From Trueperaceae bacterium (lineage in GTDB: Bacteria; Deinococcota; Deinococci; Deinococcales; Trueperaceae), in NCBI GenBank assembly GCA_965214405.1, contig OZ243956.1, positions 3,552,001 to 3,616,000 on the forward strand: 64,000 nucleotides of DNA, given 5' to 3'. Each line of letters starts with the position of its first letter. Position 1 is the stretch's first letter. The notes beneath the pieces were generated by a model. That model ran no database searches. It was not told the origin of the DNA and saw only the letters and a program-made list of their open reading frames with translations. Below are positions 9,483-19,277 of the stretch, piece by piece. Position numbers and translations under genes: made by a program.

Positions 9483-10676
9483 TTACTGAGCCTCCGCCAG
9501 CGTCACTGTGACCGTTTCCTCTCGCCCGTCCCTCAAAAGCGTAACCGTCACCTCGTCACCCACGCCGTAGGAGCCCTCGATAAGGTTCCTTAGCGCGTCG
9601 GCGTCCGCGACCGCCTGCCCGTTGACGGCGGTGACAACGTCGCCGCCCGCATAGAGGCGGCGGTTGCCTATCACGACCTCGCGCTGCGCGCCTCTAGCCA
9701 CGCGCGCCAGCGGGCTTCCACCGTAAAGGTCGACCAAGAGCACGCCCTGCTGGACGGGCAAATCGAGCGCGTCGGCCAGACCGGGCGTGACCGAGTAGGC
9801 GGCGCGGACGCCCAGCGAGGGGCGGCGGTAGCGACCGTATTGGATGAGGTCGGGCAGCACCCGGCGCACCGTGTCGACAGGCACCGCGAAGCCTACCCCG
9901 GCGCTCGTCCCGGTGGGGCTGAAAATGGCGGTGTTCACGCCGATCACGCGCCCGGCGGAATCCAGGAGCGGCCCGCCTGAGTTGCCCCGGTTGATGGCGG
10001 CGTCCGTCTGGATAAGGCCCTCCATCTCGCGCCCGCCAGGGCTCTGGAGGGTGCGGTTCAAGGCGCTCACCACGCCCGTCGTGAGCGTGCGGCCAAACTG
10101 CCCGAAGGGGTTGCCGATGGCAATCGCGCGCTGGCCCACCTCGAGCCCCGCCGACGCCCCCAACGCCACGGGCACGAGAAAACCGGGCGGCGCGTCCACC
10201 TCCAACAGCGCGAGGTCGTTCGCCGGGTCGCGGCCCACCACGCGCGCTGGTAAGACCGTTTCATCGGAAAAAGTCACCTCGACCCCCTCCGCGCCCTCGA
10301 CCACGTGATTGTTGGTCAAAATATAGCCCTCGTCACTCACCACAAAACCCGAGCCCGCCCCCTCCTGCGGGATGACCTCAAAAAAGCCCGTCCGCTGGAG
10401 CACGCGCGTGGTGATGTTAACCACCGACGGCGACACCTCGTTATACACGTCGATCACGCGTCTCTCGGCAAAGTCGAGCCCCGCCGCGTCGATGAGGGCG
10501 GTGTTTGCGGCTAGAGAGGCGGGTGCGCCCGTCGTGGGGTCTGTAATCGTAGGGGCAGGTGCGGCGGGCGCGGGCGTTTGCACGGGTGTGGGCGTTGCAG
10601 GCGCAGGCTCTCTAAAACGGCAACCGCCGAGAAGAAGGGTAACGAGAAGTAAAAGGGTGATTCGTAACTTAGGCAT
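9483..10676 (-). CDS. HtrA/DegP-like S1C serine protease with PDZ domain, lipoprotein
   Basis: Lipobox LLGGC, TNNHVV, DLALL, GNSGGPL and a C-terminal PDZ domain. Confidence 0.93.
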   Translation of the reverse strand: MPKLRITLLLLVTLLLGGCRFREPAPATPTPVQTPAPAAPAPTITDPTTGAPASLAANTALIDAAGLDFAERRVIDVYNEVSPSVVNITTRVLQRTGFFEVIPQEGAGSGFVVSDEGYILTNNHVVEGAEGVEVTFSDETVLPARVVGRDPANDLALLEVDAPPGFLVPVALGASAGLEVGQRAIAIGNPFGQFGRTLTTGVVSALNRTLQSPGGREMEGLIQTDAAINRGNSGGPLLDSAGRVIGVNTAIFSPTGTSAGVGFAVPVDTVRRVLPDLIQYGRYRRPSLGVRAAYSVTPGLADALDLPVQQGVLLVDLYGGSPLARVARGAQREVVIGNRRLYAGGDVVTAVNGQAVADADALRNLIEGSYGVGDEVTVTLLRDGREETVTVTLAEAQ

Positions 10677-10799
10677 GGCATAAACCTTTGCAAAATTGGC
10701 TTGAGAAATGTCGTAGATAAGGTAGATGTAGTAAACGAAGACAGCCTCGAGCCTCAGCATCATACCCGCTCGTTTAGCCGCCCCCTGTCCACCACTAAC

Positions 10800-11492
10800 C
10801 TACCGCTGGTGCTCCTGATACCAGTTACATATATCCGTCAGCGGGCATTTTTCACACTTGGGGTTGTTCCACGTGCAAATCTTTTGGCCGTGCAAGAGCA
10901 GGTCAATGTGGAAGTTGTAGAGAACCTGGGGGTCTGGGGGCAGGAGCGCGAGAAGCTCTTTGTGCGCCTTTTCGGGCGTGACCTTGGGGCCAATCAGCCC
11001 CACGCGCCCGCTCACCCGGTGGACGTGCGTGTCGACGGGCAAGATGGGTTTGCTAAAACAAAAGAGCAGGACCAGCGAGGCCGTCTTGACGCCCACGCCG
11101 GGGAGGGCGGTGAGCCACTCGAGCCCCTCCTCAACCGGCAGCTCGCGTAAAAAGTCGATGTTGGCCTCGCCTCGAGCCTCGAAAATCCTGGCAAGCGTCT
11201 TTTTGATGTTGGGCGCTTTGGCCCCCGGATAGTTCGACGGGGCGATTGCCTCGGCCAGTGCGTCAACGGGTGCGTCCCTGACGGCCTCCCACGAGCCGAA
11301 GCGCTCCCACATGCGCGCGTAGGCCAAATCTTCGTTCTTTTGTGTGGTGCGGTGCGAGAGCATGGTCGAGACGAGTTCGTGCATGGGCGCGCGGCGCGGC
11401 GTGAGCGGCCAGTGGCCGTGGCGCGCCAAAAGCCGCTCGTAGACCGTCCACGTTTTTTCCCTTAGGGGGTCTTTTAACGTCGCGTCAGTCAT
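10800..11492 (-). CDS. Endonuclease III-family DNA glycosylase (HhH-GPD, 4Fe-4S)
   Basis: LPGVGVKTA, VDTHV and C-x6-C-x2-C-x5-C. Confidence 0.92.
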   Translation of the reverse strand: MTDATLKDPLREKTWTVYERLLARHGHWPLTPRRAPMHELVSTMLSHRTTQKNEDLAYARMWERFGSWEAVRDAPVDALAEAIAPSNYPGAKAPNIKKTLARIFEARGEANIDFLRELPVEEGLEWLTALPGVGVKTASLVLLFCFSKPILPVDTHVHRVSGRVGLIGPKVTPEKAHKELLALLPPDPQVLYNFHIDLLLHGQKICTWNNPKCEKCPLTDICNWYQEHQR

Positions 11493-11625
11493 AAAACCAC
11501 CCTACCGATTTTTGCGCGCCGGAAAGCGCGTGAGCACACCTTACACACCTCAAGAATGGGTAACGTAGGGGTGCTTGCTAATTTCAAGGTAAAAGGCACC
11601 GTACACTGTTGTAAAAGGGAGCGTT

Positions 11626-12744
11626 ATGTCAACATTTATCCATCATATTGAAACCGCGGTGCCCGACACGCGTTATGACCAGTCTTTTATCCGCGACGAG
11701 ATGAAGAGGCTGCTGGACGCCGACCGCAAAACGGCGCGCTTGCTGCACTACGTGTACGGTCAGTCAGGGATCGACAAGCGGCACAGCGCGATCCGCGACT
11801 TTACGCCCGGCGTGCCCGAGGGCGCGTTTTACGATCCCGTGCAAGACCGCCTCAAGTCGCCCAGCACGGGCGTCCGGAACGCGCTTTATACAGACGCTGC
11901 CAAGGAGCTTTACGCCTGCGTGGCGCAACAGGCGGTGGCGCGATGTCTGGATGTCGAGGTGTCACAGATTACCCACGTCATCACGGTGTCTTGTACGGGA
12001 TTTTTTGCGCCCGGCCCCGACTATCACATCGTGAGGTCGCTCGGATTGTCCCCCGCCACCAAGCGCTTTCACTTGGGGTTTATGGGCTGCTACGCGGCGT
12101 TTCCCGCGCTCAAGATGGCCCAAGCCTTTTGCGAGGCTGACCCCGACGCGGTGGTGTTGGTGGTCTGTTTGGAGCTTTGCACCTTGCACCTAAAATTCCA
12201 GTCCGACCCCGACTCGCTCATCTCGGCGTCCGTTTTCGCCGACGGCGCGGCGGCGGCGGTGGTGAGCGCGCGGCCTCCTCAGGAGGGCAGGAGCGCGCTC
12301 GAGATGACCGCCTTTGCCACCACGCTCACCCCCACGGGTGAGGAGGACATGGCCTGGACGGTCGGCGACGCGGGCTTTGACATGGTGCTCTCAACGTACG
12401 TACCGAGCATCATTGAGGCAAACCTACAAGAGGCGCTGGCCCCGCTTTTCACTCAAGCAAACCTCACGCAGGACGACATCGACCACTGGGCCGTTCACCC
12501 CGGTGGCCGCGCGATTCTGGACAAGGTGGAGGCGAGTTTAGGGCTGCCATCTGAAAAGCTCTGCCCCTCGCGCGAGGTGCTGCGCGACTACGGCAACATG
12601 AGCAGCGCGACGGTTCTTTTCATTCTGCAAAAGCTGCTCGCCGCGCCTGCCATGCGAAAAACAGTGGACGGTGAGAAGGTTTACGCGATGGCCTTTGGCC
12701 CCGGCCTCACCGTCGAGAGCGGGCTGTTCACGAGGCGCGCGTAA
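11626..12744 (+). CDS. Type III polyketide synthase (chalcone synthase-like)
   Basis: Catalytic Cys (MGCYAA), His (VHPGG) and Asn (YGNMSS); AFGPGLT. Confidence 0.95.
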   Translation: MSTFIHHIETAVPDTRYDQSFIRDEMKRLLDADRKTARLLHYVYGQSGIDKRHSAIRDFTPGVPEGAFYDPVQDRLKSPSTGVRNALYTDAAKELYACVAQQAVARCLDVEVSQITHVITVSCTGFFAPGPDYHIVRSLGLSPATKRFHLGFMGCYAAFPALKMAQAFCEADPDAVVLVVCLELCTLHLKFQSDPDSLISASVFADGAAAAVVSARPPQEGRSALEMTAFATTLTPTGEEDMAWTVGDAGFDMVLSTYVPSIIEANLQEALAPLFTQANLTQDDIDHWAVHPGGRAILDKVEASLGLPSEKLCPSREVLRDYGNMSSATVLFILQKLLAAPAMRKTVDGEKVYAMAFGPGLTVESGLFTRRA

Positions 12745-12747
12745 AGG

Positions 12748-13434
12748 GTGCCCGTTTTTTTGAAAGCTCGAGCGGCGGAACACGAAGAGCGTATGGACGA
12801 CCTGGGATGCGACGCGCAAAAGCTGCACAACACCTACGCGCAGTTTGGGCGCGTCAACCGCGCCGTGTCGGGCTGGCGGCGCGTTTACGCACGTTACTTA
12901 AAGCCCGCTATGGCGGGGCGCGCGTGTACGCTCCTCGACGTCGGCTTTGGCGGCGGCGACATCCCCGCGCGGCTGGCGCGCTGGGCCAAACGCGACGGGC
13001 TCAGCCTCAAGATTACCGCCGTCGACCCCGACCCCAGGGCGCTCGCTTTTGTGCAGGCGCAGCCCTTACCCGAAACCATCACCTTTCGCGCCACCACGAC
13101 GACGCAACTTGTGGAGCAAAGGGAGTGTTTTGACATTGTCGTGTCCAATCACCTGCTTCATCACCTCGAGCCCGCTCAGCTTCAAAAAGTCTGCGAGGAG
13201 ACGCGCGCGCTGTCGCGCCGCCTGGTGCTGCACAACGACCTCGCTCGCGCCGACCTCGCCTACGGCGCGTTCGCGCTCACCAAGCCCATCTTCCAGGACT
13301 CATTTATTGGCGAGGACGGTCTCACCTCGATCCGGCGCGCCTACACCCCCGCCGAACTGCGCCGCCTCGCGCCGCCCGGCTGGCGGGTCGAGGGGCTGTT
13401 TCCTTACCGCAACCTGCTCATTTACGAACCGTGA
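12748..13434 (+). CDS. Class I SAM-dependent methyltransferase (T3PKS-associated)
   Basis: E-MD N-terminus, LDVGFGGGD, SNHLLHH and DGLTSIRRAY. Confidence 0.9.
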   Translation: MPVFLKARAAEHEERMDDLGCDAQKLHNTYAQFGRVNRAVSGWRRVYARYLKPAMAGRACTLLDVGFGGGDIPARLARWAKRDGLSLKITAVDPDPRALAFVQAQPLPETITFRATTTTQLVEQRECFDIVVSNHLLHHLEPAQLQKVCEETRALSRRLVLHNDLARADLAYGAFALTKPIFQDSFIGEDGLTSIRRAYTPAELRRLAPPGWRVEGLFPYRNLLIYEP

Positions 13435-13459
13435 CCAAGACCATAACCAAGGCCCGCCC

Positions 13460-14608
13460 ATGAGCGAAACCTGCGACGTGCTCGTGGTAGGCGGGGGGCC
13501 GACGGGGCTCTTTTTGGGCCTCCGCCTGGCGCAGCTCGGTTTGGACGTGCGGGTGCTCGAGCGCTCCTGTACGCGCCCGCCGCACTCGCGCTCGATTGGC
13601 ATTCATCCGCCTTCGCTGGAACGCCTTAACGCGCTCGGCCTCATCGACGCCTTTTTGGCGCGCGGCGTGACCGTACGGCGCGGTCACGCGTTTGCCAACA
13701 AGGAGTTTTTGGGGACGCTCGAGTTTGCCTCCCTCCCCGGCCCCTATCCCTTCGTCCTGACGCTGCCGCAGAGCGAGACGGAGAGCGTACTGAGCGCGGA
13801 ACTCTGCCGCGCGTATCCCGCCGTGCTCTCCCGCGGCGCGGAGGTCGTGCGCGTCACGCCCGGCGAACGCGAGGTGCGGGTGCAGGTCCGCCTCGAGGAG
13901 GAGGTGCAGGAGGTGCGCGCGGCTTTCGTCGTCGGCTGCGACGGCAAGAAGAGCGCGGTGCGTGGGCTTCTCGGCGTCCCCTTTGTGGGCGGCGCTTACA
14001 CCGACACCTACCTCATGGGCGATTTTGAGGACAGTACATCCTTCGGCGCGGACGCCGCCATCTACCTTACCGACGAAGGCATCATCGAATCCTTCCCGCT
14101 GCCCGGCGGGGTGCGGCGCTGGGTGGTGAAAACGGAAGATTACGCGCGGGAGGCGACGGCGGCGGACATGAGCGCGCGCGTCAGGGCGCGTCTGGGGCAC
14201 CCCCTCCCGGTCGAGACCAACACCATGCTGAGCGCCTTTGGCGTGCAGCACTTTCTGGCGCGCCGCTTTACCGAAGGGCGCGTCGCGCTGGCGGGAGACG
14301 CCGCGCACGTGCTCTCGCCCATCGGCGGGCAGGGGATGAATTTAGGCTGGCTCGACGCCTGGACGCTGAGTGAAACTTTCGCGCTCGTGTTCAGTGAGGG
14401 CAAACGCTTTGAGCCGCTCTTCGCGCTCTACAACCAGCGCCGCCTAAAAGCCGCGCGCGCCGCCATCCGCCGCGCCGAGTTCAATATGATGATGGGGCGC
14501 AAAACCGCGCTGTCAAGACTTCGCAACAGCGCGGTGAAGGTGGCGCTAAGGCGTCCGCTCGAGCCCCTCTTAGCCCGCCTTTTTACCATGCAAGGCTTGG
14601 AACGCTGA
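13460..14608 (+). CDS. FAD-dependent monooxygenase
   Basis: VVGGGPTG, GCDGKKSAVR and LAGDAAH...GGQGMN. Real start taken as ATG 13460. Confidence 0.92.
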   Translation: MSETCDVLVVGGGPTGLFLGLRLAQLGLDVRVLERSCTRPPHSRSIGIHPPSLERLNALGLIDAFLARGVTVRRGHAFANKEFLGTLEFASLPGPYPFVLTLPQSETESVLSAELCRAYPAVLSRGAEVVRVTPGEREVRVQVRLEEEVQEVRAAFVVGCDGKKSAVRGLLGVPFVGGAYTDTYLMGDFEDSTSFGADAAIYLTDEGIIESFPLPGGVRRWVVKTEDYAREATAADMSARVRARLGHPLPVETNTMLSAFGVQHFLARRFTEGRVALAGDAAHVLSPIGGQGMNLGWLDAWTLSETFALVFSEGKRFEPLFALYNQRRLKAARAAIRRAEFNMMMGRKTALSRLRNSAVKVALRRPLEPLLARLFTMQGLER

Positions 14609-14616
14609 CTATAACG

Positions 14617-15372
14617 TTACGGCAACCTCCGCTTCAAAAACCGCACCATCTCCCCAAACGCGTCCGTGGCGACCTCACTTTCGCTAAGTTGACCGTCCTC
14701 GAGCATAAACCCGTGCGGCTCGCCCTGGTAGACGCTCAGTTCGAAATACTTGCCCGCCGCGTCGAGTTCGGTGGCGTAGCGGTAGATGTCGGCGACGGGG
14801 CTGGGCCGGTCCGCCGTGCCGTGGATGATGAGCATGGGGGCGCTCAGTTCAGCTATCACGCTCGAGGACTCCGTCTCGCCCGCGTAAGGAAAGCCGTACC
14901 AGGCGACGCCCGCGCCAAACATCTCCATCTGCGGCAAAAAGAGCATCGTGTAGCGGCCCCCGGCGCAGAAGCCGGTGAGGCCTAAACTTTCGCCGTCTAC
15001 GTCGTCTCGCGCCCTCAACAAGGCCACGCTGTCCCCTAAAAGCTGCCCTACCGTCTCGTCACTCGGCTCGCGCGTGAATGTTTGCCAGCCGGGTGTGAGC
15101 ACCACAAAACCCTGCGCGGCCAAGCGGTCGGTCATGGTGCGGTAGCCCTCCTCGAGCCCGTTAAAAGAGTGGATAAGCACGATGGCCGGATACGTCCCCG
15201 CCTCTGTGGGCGCGGCCAAGTACGACGCGTACGCCTGACCGCCGCTCGTCACCTCGACGTCTCCGCCGGACACGTCTACGGAAGACATGGCTCCCCCAGA
15301 GTCGCCCCCGGTTTGCGCGAAGGTTAGACCCCAAAAACACACCATGACGAGCAGAAGGATTTGCCTTTTCAT
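14617..15372 (-). CDS. Secreted dienelactone hydrolase-family protein
   Basis: Signal peptide, GFCAGG nucleophile elbow and HGF. Confidence 0.88.
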   Translation of the reverse strand: MKRQILLLVMVCFWGLTFAQTGGDSGGAMSSVDVSGGDVEVTSGGQAYASYLAAPTEAGTYPAIVLIHSFNGLEEGYRTMTDRLAAQGFVVLTPGWQTFTREPSDETVGQLLGDSVALLRARDDVDGESLGLTGFCAGGRYTMLFLPQMEMFGAGVAWYGFPYAGETESSSVIAELSAPMLIIHGTADRPSPVADIYRYATELDAAGKYFELSVYQGEPHGFMLEDGQLSESEVATDAFGEMVRFLKRRLP

Positions 15373-15417
15373 CCTCTCCGTCCTCTCTCAAAGCTCGAGC
15401 CCATTTCCTATACGTTT

Positions 15418-15849
15418 TTACGCTGAAGGCGCCGCGGTCTTGACGTTGACGCTCAGCGCCACCGCACTTTTGAGCGTGTTCGCCACGATGCACGAGCGTT
15501 CAGCGATGGTCACGAGCTTGTGCAACGTCGCTTCGTCGGTGGAGTCGGCAGAAACGTCCATTTGAATGGCGGTGAAGCGTGAAGGATTGCCGTCTAAGGT
15601 GCCCGAAACCTCAAGCCTCACATTCTCGACCTTTGATTTCTCGTCCGTTTCGCGCGCTTTAACGGCGGCCAAAAGCGTGCTCATAAAGCAGCCGCCTAAA
15701 GACGCCAATAAAAGTTCGCCGCCCATCGCGCCTTTGTCCTCGCCGCCCTTGGCCTCGGGCCGGTCGATGAGGACCCTGTGCTGCCTAATGGACGCCTCCG
15801 AGGTGGTGGGGCTCGTCTGGTTGACGTGTACAGAGATTGTGTTCGCCAT
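15418..15849 (-). CDS. OsmC-family protein
   Basis: DRP..GG.D.G, ELLLASLGGC and CIVANT. Confidence 0.9.
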   Translation of the reverse strand: MANTISVHVNQTSPTTSEASIRQHRVLIDRPEAKGGEDKGAMGGELLLASLGGCFMSTLLAAVKARETDEKSKVENVRLEVSGTLDGNPSRFTAIQMDVSADSTDEATLHKLVTIAERSCIVANTLKSAVALSVNVKTAAPSA

Positions 15850-16061
15850 GACGCCTTCCTTTCTGTCTTCTTTCGAGTATACGTGAAGCGCCCACAACGT
15901 TTTGTATGGAGTCCCTAAGCCCCGCTACTCACGCGTCGTGCATACTTTGCTGCTCACCCGTCTCATCCTCTATACTAGGCGAAACACGGATACCGCAAAT
16001 ATTAGGGCGGTTTGCGTGGATGGTAAGCTGGGTTTTAGAACACAGCTTGAAAGGGGAGAGG

Positions 16062-17078
16062 ATGAAGCAGCGCATCAATCCGCTCAGTCGGCGTCCGCAG
16101 AATAGGCGCCTGGTCGTGGCCGTGAGGGGCGCGGCGGGCACGGGTAAGAGTCACTTCGCCGCCTCTCTGGCGGACGCCGGAGTGGGACGTTTATGCTTTT
16201 TTGACGTTGAACGTAAAGCGCGCCTCCTGCCCGAGGTGGCGGGGCCGAACCCAAAGTTCGACGCCATCGAAATTCACCACCCCGACGAACTGCCTGAATT
16301 TACCGACTGGGCTTTAGAGGGCGAGGGCCGCGAGCAGGGTTACGGCTGCTACGCCTTGGATTCTTGGACGATGTATTTTGGCCGCAAGTACCGCGGCACC
16401 TTAGAGGCGGTGCGAGAGCGCACGGGCGACCCCACCGCGCAGCCCACCGCCGACCAACTCCAGGCCGACCAGCTCATCTACCAGGAGGTGCTGCGCCGCC
16501 TCTGCATCGACTCGGGCGCGTGCGTGGTCATTACCGACCAGATTGCCGCCAAGGGCAAAGAGGACCGCGAAGAGAACGAGATGGGCCGCGTGCTGCCCAT
16601 GACCTTGGGCGGGCTCGAATACTTTGTCGACGTGATGGTCGAACTAGGCTTGCGCGTCGAGGGCTTCGAAACGGTGCGCGTCGCGCGCGTGATCAAGACC
16701 AACAGCCCCTACTTCCCGATGGGCTTAGAACTCGTCAACCCCACCTTCGCCGACTTTTTGGCGCGCATGGACGAGGCTCCCGCACTTCGGGCAAACGTGC
16801 TCGAGGACGAAGTGCCTGAGTTCCTGAGGCTTCCAGAGGAAGAAACTACCCCCACTGGCCCCTCTTTGAACGACCTCGTCGCGCAGGCGCAGGGCTACGG
16901 CATCGACCGCGCCAAACTCCTCACGGCGGCCTCGCACTACCACGGGGTGAGCGCGCTCGAGGCCCTCACACCCGCGCAAATTGACAACCTGCTGGGGCGG
17001 CTTAACGAGAAATACGCTCCCACTGAAGCGCCTAAAGAATCTAAACCCGCCAAGAGGGAGAAAGTTGCGAATTCTTAA
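16062..17078 (+). CDS. AAA_24/Sak4-like P-loop ATPase
   Basis: Walker A GAAGTGKS, FDVERKA, Walker B ALDSWT and EYFVDV, plus a small helical C-terminal domain. RBS GGAGAGG. Confidence 0.7.
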   Translation: MKQRINPLSRRPQNRRLVVAVRGAAGTGKSHFAASLADAGVGRLCFFDVERKARLLPEVAGPNPKFDAIEIHHPDELPEFTDWALEGEGREQGYGCYALDSWTMYFGRKYRGTLEAVRERTGDPTAQPTADQLQADQLIYQEVLRRLCIDSGACVVITDQIAAKGKEDREENEMGRVLPMTLGGLEYFVDVMVELGLRVEGFETVRVARVIKTNSPYFPMGLELVNPTFADFLARMDEAPALRANVLEDEVPEFLRLPEEETTPTGPSLNDLVAQAQGYGIDRAKLLTAASHYHGVSALEALTPAQIDNLLGRLNEKYAPTEAPKESKPAKREKVANS

Positions 17079-17113
17079 GATTTTGGCTAGAGTGGACGCC
17101 TGAAAGGAACCTT

Positions 17114-17338
17114 TTGTCAAACATCGTCGAAAACGGCAGAGAGCGTTATCTCGAGGCCAACCGGGAAGGGCTCGAGCTTCAGAGAGAGGAACTCGAGGCG
17201 GTGGTGCTTGAGCGTTACAAAGAAGAATTTACAAACGCAGGCTTCTGGCGGCGTCTCGTGCTCTGCATTAAGATGAAACGAGACGTGCGGTTGGGGCGTG
17301 TACCGAGTGACGAAAGTCTCTACTTGTCCAGCCCGTAA
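17114..17338 (+). CDS. Small hypothetical protein
   Basis: AAGGAA RBS and TTG start; protein-like sequence (IVENGRERYL...AGFWRRL...SLY). Confidence 0.55.
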   Translation: MSNIVENGRERYLEANREGLELQREELEAVVLERYKEEFTNAGFWRRLVLCIKMKRDVRLGRVPSDESLYLSSP

Positions 17339-17351
17339 GAGTATCAAAGAA

Positions 17352-17378
17352 AAAGCTCCTGCAAAAAGCAGAAGCTTT
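17352..17378. terminator. Bidirectional hairpin terminator
   Basis: AAAGCTcCTGC-AAAAA-GCAGaAGCTTT between the convergent CDS and tRNA. Confidence 0.55.
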
Positions 17379-17419
17379 AGCCTATCGGTAACATCTTCAC
17401 TCAGATGTTATCCCTTGCG

Positions 17420-17496
<77 letters not shown>

Positions 17497-17590
17497 ACAC
17501 AGATGTGTAGTCTACTAAGATGCCGGGGGCGCGTCAAGCGAGGCGGACACGCTTTGGTTCCTCTAGGTATCGGACAATCAGATATTTACC

Positions 17591-18076
17591 TCAAGCTTCC
17601 TTGTTAAAGTCACTACGCTCGAGCGCCTCTTTCACCACGTCCCCAGTAAAGCCGCGCCGCGCCAAAAAAGCGTAGGCCTTGGCGCGGCGTTTTTCCGGTG
17701 GGGCTTTTTGAAAGCGCCAGGTTTGTTTTTCCAACACGCCTAACGCCGCCTGCACCTGCGTTTCGGTATTGAGGGGCTCGAGCGTCTCCTCGACCAAAGT
17801 TTCAGCAATTCCCTTTTGAAAAAGCTCTTGCTTAAGAGCCAAGCGGCCTTTTCTGCTCTTCCGTGAGTTCACGTACGCCTCAGCGAAGCCCGCGTCGTCT
17901 AAGAATTTGAGCTCCTTGAGCCGCGCCATCACCCGCTCTATGGTTTCAACCGTCGCCTCCTTGCGGCGTAACTTCTCGCGGAGTTGCGCCTCGGTGTACA
18001 TCTTGCGGCCCAGGAGCCAGAGCACGTAGTTCCAGGAGCGTGAGTAGTCGTAGACCTTGGGGGTTTTGTCCTTCAC
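17591..18076 (-). CDS. recX: Regulatory protein RecX
   Basis: LLGRKMYTEAQLREKL, LDDAGFAE, KGRLALKQELFQKGI and FLARRGF. Confidence 0.9.
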   Translation of the reverse strand: MKDKTPKVYDYSRSWNYVLWLLGRKMYTEAQLREKLRRKEATVETIERVMARLKELKFLDDAGFAEAYVNSRKSRKGRLALKQELFQKGIAETLVEETLEPLNTETQVQAALGVLEKQTWRFQKAPPEKRRAKAYAFLARRGFTGDVVKEALERSDFNKEA

Positions 18077-19170
18077 TAGGGCGTCAGCGTCACCTTGACA
18101 GAGGTTAGACCCGACGCGACCATGTCGAGGCCCTTTTGAAACTCTTCCAACGGCAGCTTATGCGTCACGATTTCCTCGATGGGCAAGAGGTTTTGCTCGA
18201 GCATCCGTATCGCCACCGGATAGCAAAACGGCCCCAGGTGCGACCCGTGGATGTTGAGCTCCTTGGTGTCGCCGATGATGGTCCAGTCCACGGTGACAGG
18301 CTCACGGAACACGCTGAATTCAACAAAGGTGCCCAGCTTACGAATCATTTGCAGACCTTGCGACACTGCCGAGGGATGCCCGGTGGCTTCGATATACACA
18401 TCGCAGCCGTAGCCGTCGGTCAGGTTACGCACCTCCTCGACCACATCTATTTTTGACGGGTTAAGACCCATGTCAGCCCCGCAACGCTTGGCGAGCTCGA
18501 GCCGCTCATCGTTCAAATCCAAGGCGATGATGCGTTCGGCCCCCTTCATTTTGGCCGCCGCGAACATGCCCAAGCCCAGCGGCCCCGCCCCGGCAATCAC
18601 CACCGTGTCCTGAAATTGAATGTCGCCGCGCTCGACCGCGTGGATGGAGCAGGCCAGGGGCTCGATAAAGACCGCGTGGTGCCAGGGGATGCTCTCGGGC
18701 ACTTTGTAGTTGAGCGCGTTGGCCGGGAACACCATGTACTCGGCCCAGGAGCCAAAGGCGTGCTGCCGGAAGCCGTAGATGTCGTGAACCTGACACATCC
18801 AATACTGCCCGCGCTGGCAGTAGCGGCACTCCCAGCAGGGCGTGATCTGTTCGCTGATGGCGTGGTCGCCAATCTCTAGCCCATACTTTTCGCCCGCCCC
18901 CTCACCAAGCGCGACCACCTCGCCGACGAACTCGTGGCCGGGCGTGACCGGGGCCTGGCAGTAGCCCGCGCGGTTCTCGTCGCCCCAGAAAAGCGCCGCG
19001 CCCGAGTAGCACTTGATGTCCGAGGCGCAGATGCCCGTAGATTTGACTCGGATGACGACTTCAAAGGGTCCGGGCCGGGGGACGGGGCGCTCCTCGAGCC
19101 GGTAGTCCTCCGGTCCGTAGCAAATAACTGACGACATGGTTTTGGGTAGAGATTCGCTGACGGGTGCCAT
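18076..19170 (-). CDS. Zn-dependent polyol dehydrogenase (erythritol/L-threitol dehydrogenase-like)
   Basis: GICASD, GHEFVG, C-x2-C-x2-C-x7-C and GAGPLG. Confidence 0.88.
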   Translation of the reverse strand: MAPVSESLPKTMSSVICYGPEDYRLEERPVPRPGPFEVVIRVKSTGICASDIKCYSGAALFWGDENRAGYCQAPVTPGHEFVGEVVALGEGAGEKYGLEIGDHAISEQITPCWECRYCQRGQYWMCQVHDIYGFRQHAFGSWAEYMVFPANALNYKVPESIPWHHAVFIEPLACSIHAVERGDIQFQDTVVIAGAGPLGLGMFAAAKMKGAERIIALDLNDERLELAKRCGADMGLNPSKIDVVEEVRNLTDGYGCDVYIEATGHPSAVSQGLQMIRKLGTFVEFSVFREPVTVDWTIIGDTKELNIHGSHLGPFCYPVAIRMLEQNLLPIEEIVTHKLPLEEFQKGLDMVASGLTSVKVTLTP

Positions 19171-19277
19171 GTTGACTCCTTTTAATAGCTAGACTTTTAT
19201 GTCGTTACCGAGCTTGAAGATGTCGCTGTTGTGCCAGTTGAAGGCTCGAGACTCATCATAAAGCTCCTAATTGAACT

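Noticed and set aside
12947..13459. 171-aa N-terminal extension of the monooxygenase in the ORF track
   Set aside because: It is an alternative frame overlapping the methyltransferase; the Rossmann motif starts right after ATG 13460.
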